DNA of 64,000 nucleotides from Macrostomum lignano. Its lineage: Eukaryota. Shown here piece after piece: positions 55,546-64,000 of this stretch. The stretch covers positions 248,001 through 312,000 of the forward strand of contig NIVC01000829.1 of the NCBI GenBank assembly GCA_002269645.1, written 5' to 3'. Both the position numbers and the translations under genes were made by a program. Position 1 is the stretch's first letter. Every line of letters begins with the position of its first letter. The notes under the pieces are model-generated. The model searched no databases. It saw only the letters and a list, made by a program, of their open reading frames with translations, and was not told the origin of the DNA.

Positions 55546-56214
55546 CTCTCTGTTCCCTATTTTCTCTTCTCTCCTCTCACCCTTTTTTATTTTTTTCTTG
55601 GCCTCTTATCATCTCTTCTCTCTTCCCTAATATTTTCTCCCATCTAACCAATCTCTCATCTCATTTCCCCTCTTATCTCACAAATCTCTAATCTCATATT
55701 CTCCCACGCCTATACCTACATCTTTCTTCTCTTATCTCTATCCCCTCTCCTTTCCTCTCTCACCTGTCTCGCAGCCATATGGTAGATTCTTTATCTGGTC
55801 TGTGAATGTGGCAAGAAGTTTGCCAGCTCCTGATTTTTGGTTAAACTCTAACAACCCACCTGGTCAAATTTCGTGTACATTAGCATTCTTTCTGAAGTTC
55901 ATAAAAAGTCGCTAGTTTCTAGTCGCTAAAATATGATTTTAAGTGTGCCGCAATATGCAAAAATGTTAGTCTCCAATAAAACCAGTGTCTATGCTTACCA
56001 AAGTTAGTTTTATTGCTGAATAAATTGCATGTCTACAGTAAAAGTGCAGTTGGGTTATGGCGTTTAGCGACGGGAGATTATAAATTGTAATCACTATTAA
56101 TCACTATTATGACAAGGGATGGGTGTTAAAAGCAAAATATTCACCAAATCGGAACTTTCACAAGATCATTACTTTAACAAGATCAGATAGAATGATCTTT
56201 CTGATCATTCAGAA

Positions 56215-56430
56215 ATGAATAGAGCTTTCACAAGATCAGAACTTTCACAAGATCAGAACTTTCACAAGAATAGAACTTTCACAAGAATAGAACTTTCACA
56301 AGATCAGAACTTTCACAAGATCAGAACTTTCACAAGATCAGAACTTTCACAAGATCAGAACTTTCACAAGATCAGAACTTTCACAAGATCAGAACTTTCA
56401 CAAGAATAGAACTTTCACAAGATCAGAACT
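56215..56430. repeat. 17-bp minisatellite (shorter copy at ~59330-59470)
   Basis: GAACTTTCACAAGATCA units. Confidence 0.9.
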
Positions 56431-57034
56431 TTACATAATCAAAACTTCAACTAAAATGGGTAACGTTCAATAATAATACAATTTTTAAATTCAACAAGTA
56501 GTAAACATTGTACAATAAATTGCTGAAATAAATCAGCACACTACTTATAGTAGAATAACTTTATAAGCAAGATCTTGAAAAAAAAATAGAATGAACCAAA
56601 TTACAGGAAGAAGTATTAGGATGTTTTTAATGCTTTTAGCGTCTATTACTACGAGTTATACACACAGAAGTAAGGGCTGGAACATTGAAAAAACCGAACA
56701 ACTGACAACTGTGAAACTGGGAACAGTTTTTTTAATTGCATTAAAAGTAGATTGGAGCATTATATTATGAATTTATCGCGAAAAGTAGTAGGTAAAATTT
56801 CGAAATACACATTCTTTCGGGTAGGAGGATGTGGCCCCCAATCGGCCCCATAAAACCTGCACTTATGATAAAAGAGGCAGCCAATCTCAAAGATGAAGCT
56901 TCCCTTTTGCCTGGACCTAGATTTGAACCTGGAAAACACAGGAGACAGGGGCGCCAACCAAGGACACATGGGCGACCACTAAGAGTCAGGGGCGCCAAAC
57001 AAGAGACAATTAGGGCGCTAATCAAGAGTCAGGG

Positions 57035-57514
57035 GCGGCGGCTGCTGCGGCGGCTTCTGCGGCGGCTGCTCCTTCATCCCCATCAGCTCAACCGCAGCCT
57101 CCACCTCCGCCACCGCCGCCACCTCCCCTGGCCACGACCAGCCTGTGCGAGCCCGAATCTCTACTCGATGCGGAAGCCACGTCCGCTGAAGCAACCGCAG
57201 TGTCAGACCTGCCCCAGGAGATGTCTACCTCTTTAATATCCTCGTGCACCATCAACGGGCGCCAGGTGATCCAAGTGAATGAAACGGACGAATATTCTAT
57301 CGATCTGCGCCATTGCGAGACTCTGTCGCGTCAGCAGAGCCTGAGAACTGCAGCCACGCTGAGCGACACTGATGGAGCGCAAGAGATGCAGGACAATTAC
57401 GAGAACTACTCAGATGAGGAAAGGAAAGAGGCTGCAGATGAGGAAGAGTTGGTTGATCATCAGCAAACAGCAACTTCTGCACTGCTGTACACGCAGCTGA
57501 TTGAGACACTATGA
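57035..57514 (+). pseudogene. Duplicated 3' fragment (cytoplasmic tail only) of the FN3-TM gene
   Basis: Matches 53927-54406 at offset +3108 with a C>A change at ~57136. It starts mid-poly-Ala, with no acceptor or upstream coding sequence. Confidence 0.8.
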
Positions 57515-58043
57515 AATGCTTTATTATTCAGAGTATGTATCAGGGGTTGGCAGACTCCGGCCCTCCTATCTGTTTAGCCTTCGGATTCTTTGGAACTTCA
57601 CAGTCTCTTCTCAGATCTCTTCTGTCTTGTCTCACATCTCTCTCCCCTTTTCTCTCCTGTCTCACATCTTCTCTCTACCCCTCTTCTCTCCTGTCTCACA
57701 TCTTCTCTCACCCCTCTTCTCTCCTGTCTCACATCTTCTCTCACCCCTCTTCTCTCCTGTCTCACATCTTCTCTCTACCCTCTTCTCTCCTGTCTCACAT
57801 CTTCTCTCTACCCTCTTCTCTCCTGTCTCACATCTTCTCTCTACCCTTTTCTCTCTTGTCTCACATCTTCTCTCACCCCTCTTCTCTCCTGTCTCACATC
57901 TTCTCTCACCCCTCTTCTCTCCTGTCTCACATCTTCTCTCACCCCTCTTCTCTCCTGTCACATCTTCTCTCACCCCTCTTCTCTCCTGTCACATCTTCTC
58001 TCACCCCTCTTCTCTCCTGTCTCACATCTTCTCTCACCCCTCT

Positions 58044-58398
58044 TTATTATTATTATTAGAGGCAGGGGGGTTGTGTGCACCCTGGCGCAATTTAAGCGAC
58101 ATTGTCACACAACCGGCGAGAGGCATTACTGCCCATTCCGCCGACTCCCCTGAGCAGGCATACAAGCGCGCGGATACGTTACGCAGGCACACACTCACAC
58201 AGGAGTGTACAGCGGCCCTAACTTTATCAATTGTTAGGCATGTACACTTCACTGCGCCTTGGGGGGGTTGGCTCTCAAGGCCGTTAAGCGAACCAAGCCA
58301 AGATTCCAATCCAGCCCCAAATTAATGTGGCTGCACTTGGAATCGAGCCTGGGTTGCGGCACACCAGAGCAGCTGCGCTACCGCTGGGCTACGGCCCC
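58044..58398 (-). mobile_element. Same SINE, copied as part of the 3.1-kb tandem duplication
   Basis: Same sequence and flanks as 54936-55290 at offset +3108. Confidence 0.85.
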
Positions 58399-59934
58399 CT
58401 CTCACCCCTCTTCTCTCCTGTCTCACATCTTCTCTCACCCCTCTTCTCTCCTGTCTCACATCTTCTCTCTACCCTCTTCTCTCCTGTCTCACATCTTCTC
58501 TCTACCCTCTTCTCTCCTGTCTCACATCTTCTCTCTACCCTTTTCTCTCTTGTCTCACATCTTCTCTCACCCCTCTTCTCTCCTGTCTCACATCTTCTCT
58601 CACCCCTCTTCTCTCTTGTCTCACATCTTCTCTCTACCCTCTTCTCTCTCCCCTCTCTGTTCCCTATTTTCTCTTCTCTCCTCTCACCCTTTTTTATTTT
58701 TTTCTTGGCCTCTTATCATCTCTTCTCTCTTCCCTAATATTTTCTCCCATCTAACCAATCTCTCATCTCATTTCCCCTCTTATCTCACAAATCTCTAATC
58801 TCATATTCTCCCACGCCTATACCTACATCTTTCTTCTCTTATCTCTATCCCCTCTCCTTTCCTCTCTCACCTGTCTCGCAGCCATATGGTAGATTCTTTA
58901 TCTGGTCTGTGAATGTGGCAAGAAGTTTGCCAGCTCCTGATTTTTGGTTAAACTCTAACAACCCACCTGGTCAAATTTCGTGTACATTAGCATTCTTTCT
59001 GAAGTTCATAAAAAGTCGCTAGTTTCTAGTCGCTAAAATATGATTTTAAGTGTGCCGCAATATGCAAAAATGTTAGTCTCCAATAAAACCAGTGTCTATG
59101 CTTACCAAAGTTAGTTTTATTGCTGAATAAATTGCATGTCTACAGTAAAAGTGCAGTTGGGTTATGGCGTTTAGCGACGGGAGATTATAAATTGTAATCA
59201 CTATTAATCACTATTATGACAAGGGATGGGTGTTAAAAGCAAAATATTCACCAAATCGGAACTTTCACAAGATCATTACTTTAACAAGATCAGATAGAAT
59301 GATCTTTCTGATCATTCAGAAATGAATAGAGCTTTCACAAGATCAGAACTTTCACAAGATCAGAACTTTCACAAGATCAGAACTTTCACAAGAATAGAAC
59401 TTTCACAAGAACAGAACTTTCACAAGAATAGAACTTTCACAAGAACAGAACTTTCACAAGATCAGAACTTTACATAATCAAAACTTCAACTAAAATGGGT
59501 AACGTTCAATAATAATACAATTTTTAAATTCAACAAGTAGTAAACATTGTACAATAAATTGCTGAAATAAATCAGCACACTACTTATAGTAGAATAACTT
59601 TATAAGCAAGATCTTGAAAAAAAATAGAATGAACCAAATTACAGGAAGAAGTATTAGGATGTTTTTAATGCTTTTAGCGTCTATTACTACGAGTTATACA
59701 CACAGAAGTAAGGGCTGGAACATTGAAAAAACCGAACAACTGACAACTGTGAAACTGGGAACAGTTTTTTATCGCGAGGTAAGTAGTAGGTAAAATTTCG
59801 AAATACACATTTTTTCGGGTAGGAGGATGTGGCCCCCAATCGGCCCCATAAAACCTGCACTTATGATAAAAGAGGCAGCCAATCTCAAAGATGAAGCTTC
59901 CCTTTTGCCTGGACCTAGATTTGAACCTGGAAAA

Positions 59935-60290
59935 CACAGGAGACAGGGGCGCCAACAAAGGACACATGGGCGACCACTAAGAGTCAGGGGCGCCAAACAA
60001 GAGACAATTAGGGCGCTAATCAAGAGACAGGGGCGCCAATCGAGAGTCAGGGGCGCCAATCAAGAGACAGGGGCGCCAATCAAAAGACAGGGGCGCCAAT
60101 CAGAAGACAGGGGCGCCAATCGAGAGTCAGGGGCGCCAATCAAGAGACAGGGGCGCCAATCAAAAGACAGGGGCGCCAACCAAGAGACAGGGCGCCAATC
60201 AAGAGACAGGGGCGCCCGACAAGAGACAGGGGCGCCAAACAAGAATCAGGGGCGCCTACCTCGAGACAGGGGCGCCCAACAAGACGCCAA
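59935..60290. repeat. 20-bp minisatellite
   Basis: CAAGAGACAGGGGCGCCAAT units. Confidence 0.9.
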
Positions 60291-60421
60291 AAAATGGCCC
60301 CTGTTAGGACTGAGGCCCCATTTGCAGATCATGGAGCTGAAGATACATCGGTAAATTTACGAACCGATTTAAAAGATTAAACACGCACATCAGGAGCTGT
60401 CAATCATTGCTGAGGAACCTT

Positions 60422-63400
60422 TTAAGCCACAGAGAATTTGAGCACAATGGGCACCAGCTCGTTAGCCGACACCAGAGCTCCAATGCTGCCAACCTGGGCG
60501 CCAACCTTCAAGAAGTGGTGGTTGAACCCGGCTCTGTGCAGCCGGAACGAGCGCGCGTTTTCGAATTCGCGCCGAAACAGCGAGTGACGAAAACAGCTGC
60601 CGCCCAAGTAGACGTTATTGACCTGCGCGTCTGAGGCGAATGACAGGATAGTGCTGAACAGGTTGAAGCAGAACAGCGACACCAGAGATCGGGCCACGTC
60701 TTCGCGTTTTGCTGCGGCTTCGGTTGTTGTTTCGGGGGACACGGGTTAGAAAAAGAAAAAAATAAGCCACATTTGAAATTAGTCGATTTTTACTACTGCC
60801 TAGCGTCCTTAAGAATCAGTAGTAATTTAGGAATCTTCAACAATTATTTGTCAAGCGTGCAAAAACGCGCTTCTGAATTGCTTTTAATCCACCTTTTATC
60901 TCTAATTTCCCCTTTAATTCGCCTGTGATCCCTAATCTCTCCTTTAATCCATCTGTGATCCCTAATTTCCCCTTTAATTCACCTGTGATCCCTAATCTCC
61001 ACTTTAATTAACCTGTGATCTCTAATCTCCCCTTTAATCCACCTGTGATCCCTAATTTCCCCTATAATCCACATGTAGTCTCTAATCTCCCCTTTAATCC
61101 ACCTGTGATCCCTAATTTCCCCTATAATCCACATGTAGTCTCTAATCTCCCCTTTAATTCACCTGTGATCCCTAATTTCCCCTATAATCCACATGTGGTC
61201 TCTAAGCTCCCCTTTAATTCACCTGTGATCCCTAATTTCCCCTATAATCCACATGTGGTCTCTAAGCTCCCCTTTAATCCACCTGTGATCCCTAATTTCC
61301 CCTATAATCCACATGTGGTCTCTAAGCTCCCCTTTAATCCACCTGTGATCCCTAATTTCCCCTATAATCCACATGTAGTCTCTAATCTCCCCTTTAATCC
61401 ACCTGTGATCCTAATTTCCCCTATAATCCACATGTGGTCTCTAATCTCCCCTTTAATTCACCTGTGATCCCTTATTTCCCCTATAATCCACATGTGGTCT
61501 CTAAGCTCCCCTTTAATTCACCTGTGATCCCTAATTTCCCCTATAATCCACATGTAGTCTCTAATCTCCCCTTTAATTCACCTGTGATCCCTAATTTCCC
61601 CTCTAATCCACCTGTGGTCTCTAAGCTCCCCTTTAATCCACCTGTGGTCTCTAAGCTCCTCTTTAATCCACCTGTGATCTTCAAGCGCTACTTGAGTCTC
61701 TAATTACAGATGCTACAAACGGAGATTTCAAAGCCAGATGTTATCCCAGTACCCACCAGCCGTCACGGAGGCGTTGGCGATCTTGCCCAGATGCACCAGC
61801 GGGATGTCGCCATCGTAGGCTCCGAACGGATGCAACGGATCCTCAGCCGTGAGCTCGTCAATCTTCAGGTCCACGTTGCCCCGATCCCCGGCCTCGGCCA
61901 GGCGGACAATTTCTTCGAAATCAGCCGTGCCAAGTAGCAGACTGGCCAGGCCGGCCAGGGTCTTGCAGGAGAAGAAGGACAGCGACAGCCTCACAGCTTC
62001 GCCGCTCTCGTTCACGATGCACATGCCGACGCTGCTGCCTGCGTTCACCAGCACCGCGGGGAACTTGCCGGACGCGCTAGCGGCCGGGTCATTGTCCGCT
62101 GCAATTTTGGGAAGGGGAATTAAGCAAGGCATTATAAAAGGGGGAGGGGTTGTATTGTATTTGGAACAATACTGTGTCAGACATTCAAAAATAAGTGTCA
62201 AAAATTACTGAAATAAGTGTCAGACATACTGAAATAAGTGTCAGACATTACTAAAACAATTATGTCAGACATACTGAAATAAGTGTCAGGCATACTGAAA
62301 TAAGTGTCAGATATACTGAAATAAGTGTCAGACATTACTAAAACAATTATGTCAGACATACTGAAATAAGTGTCAGGCATACTGAAATAAGTGTCAGACA
62401 TACTGAAATAAGTGTCAGACATACTGAAATAAGTGTCAGACAATACTAAAACAATTATGTCAGACATACTGAAATAAGTGTCAGGCATACTGAAATAAGT
62501 GTCAGACATACTGAAATGTGTCAGAAATTCTGAAATAAGTGTCAGACATACTGAAATAAGTGTCAGACATACTGAAAAAAGTGTCAGACATACTGAAATA
62601 AGTGTCAGACATACTGAAATAAGTGACAGAAATACTGAAATAAGTGTCAGACATACTGAAATAAGTGTCAGACATTACTAAAACAATTATGTCAGACATA
62701 CTGAAATAAGTGTCAGACATACTGAAATAAGTGTCAGACATGCTAAAATGAGTGTCAGACATGCTGAAACAAGTGTTAGACATACTGAAATAAATGTCAG
62801 ATAGACTGAAATAGGTGTCAGACATACTGAAATAGGTGTCAGACATACTGAAATAAGTGTCAGACATACTGAAATAAGTGTCAGACATGCTGAAATGAGT
62901 GTCAGACATGCTGAAACAAGTGTTAGACATACTGAAATAAATGTCAGATAGACTGAAATAGGTGTCAGACATACTGAAATAGGTGTCAGATAGTACTTAA
63001 AAGTGCCAGACCTACTCAAAAGTGCCAGAAATTCTGAAATAAGTGTCAGACACAATAAAATAAGCGTCAGACATACTGAAATAAGTGTCAGACTAACCAG
63101 CAGCAGTCTCCAAGTCCACCAAGCGACCAGAGGAGCTCTTGCAGAAGCACGGGTCGGTGGCCTCGTGCTGATAGAACAGATCTACCGGGTCCAGGTTCTC
63201 CACAGCCCAATAGTAGCCCCGAATCCAGCAGAGCGGCTCCACCACAAACTCGGACGAGGCCCCTAGCAACTGGTTGAACTGCTGCTCGTGCTTGTACCCG
63301 ACGCCCGTCACCTTCACCACGTCGCTACCGTCCCGCTGCAACAGCCGGCACTCCTCCCTGATGATGTCGAGTCCGTCATTGAAGTCGGCATTTTTCATCA

Positions 63401-63569
63401 ACAGAAAGTGCATGTTATAGGAAGCTGAATCGCGCTCAGTAATGTATAACATTTTGGTTAGCAAGCTGCCGCTGTCGATGGCCACCCGAGATGATGTGGC
63501 CGGGTCCAAGGCAGTTTTCGGCACAGGTATGACCAAGCGTTCGACTGTAGACGTTGCACTGGATGCCAT
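60422..63569 (-). CDS. Divergent type II pantothenate kinase-like protein, ~369 aa; exons 63569-63098, 62098-61757, ~60717-60422
   Basis: AIDSGSLLTK, VKVTGVG, VEPLCWIRG, FPAVLVNAGSSV, FEEIVRLAEAGDRGNVDLKI, KREDVARSL, VYLGG and GSIGAL align in order to PanK-II motifs. Two phase-1 GT-AG introns. Confidence 0.85.
60895..61680. repeat. 30-bp dimer (60-bp higher-order) minisatellite, PanK-like intron 2
   Basis: Alternating CCCCTTTAATCCACCTGTGATCCCTAATTT and CCCCTATAATCCACATGTGGTCTCTAAGCT units. Confidence 0.92.
62165..63092. repeat. 21-bp minisatellite, PanK-like intron 1
   Basis: GTCAGACATACTGAAATAAGT units. Confidence 0.95.
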
Positions 63570-64000
63570 GATTTGGATTAGAACGATTTGAAACTGAATC
63601 AGCAGTTTGGGATTCAATCGGCGTGTCCCAGTGTTGGCGAGATTGGGGCAGAAATATATAAAAGGCTGGTGTGGGCATGCAGCGTACAACAACTTGGGGA
63701 AGAGGCGAGGCCGAGAGAGTGCCGGTCGGAACTGCGCAGGCCCTCTACCCCTCTCTCTCCCTTCTCGCGTCCACTCCTCGCTTGGCTAAGTTAAACGTGT
63801 AGCTCTATGCCGATAGACAGAGGACCGACCTAAGTGTACTGAGTCGTCATGTACACTGTAGCCTGATATATCCTGAGCGTACTCTATCTGGGAGAGTGCA
63901 CTTACAGGAAAGAAGTTTTGTAACGCATAAATGCTGTATTACAAAAGGAATAATGGACTGTAATATAATGTGTGGATATGTATACACTGTACAGCATGTA

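Larger units (their letters stand above)
53927..60035. repeat. Tandem segmental duplication: copy A 53927-57037, copy B 57035-~60035
   Basis: Near-identical sequence at offset +3108, falling to ~+2998 at the end through minisatellite copy-number and indel differences. 3-nt GCG microhomology at the junction. Confidence 0.92.

Noticed and set aside
56829-57236. Chimeric ORF across the duplication junction
   Set aside because: It reads the FN3-gene tail out of frame from minisatellite-derived sequence and shows no coding signal.

Overview
Eukaryotic (animal) genomic DNA: GC-rich exons rich in Gln/Ala/Pro runs, with introns and spacers each filled by its own minisatellite. This is consistent with a Macrostomum-like flatworm (inference, not shown by the sequence). 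Splice models were built by hand and boundaries may be off by a few nt. Seven co-oriented minus-strand genes run from 38.2 kb to the left edge: PDSS2, glutamine-dependent NAD synthetase (NADSYN1, with two extra 3' exons encoding a PTB-like segment that the ORF track misses), intronless WDR48, two PGAM5 paralogs, a spliced SAM-domain + pseudokinase gene, and Drosha (continues off-window). Nearly every start codon sits just behind an apparently unpaired 3' splice acceptor. The right side holds a plus-strand FN3-TM exon, a ~3.1-kb tandem duplication of its 3' half, and a convergent, motif-degenerate type II pantothenate kinase. Mobile DNA comprises a tRNA-derived SINE (3 copies) and a hAT-type MITE with an 8-bp TSD. 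The main surprise is four dispersed ~55-65-bp copies of the 28S rRNA H69-H71 segment that holds the R2/I-PpoI target, all antisense to the local genes. One forms a canonical box C/D k-turn whose D-box+5 position points at the G equivalent to human Gm3744.
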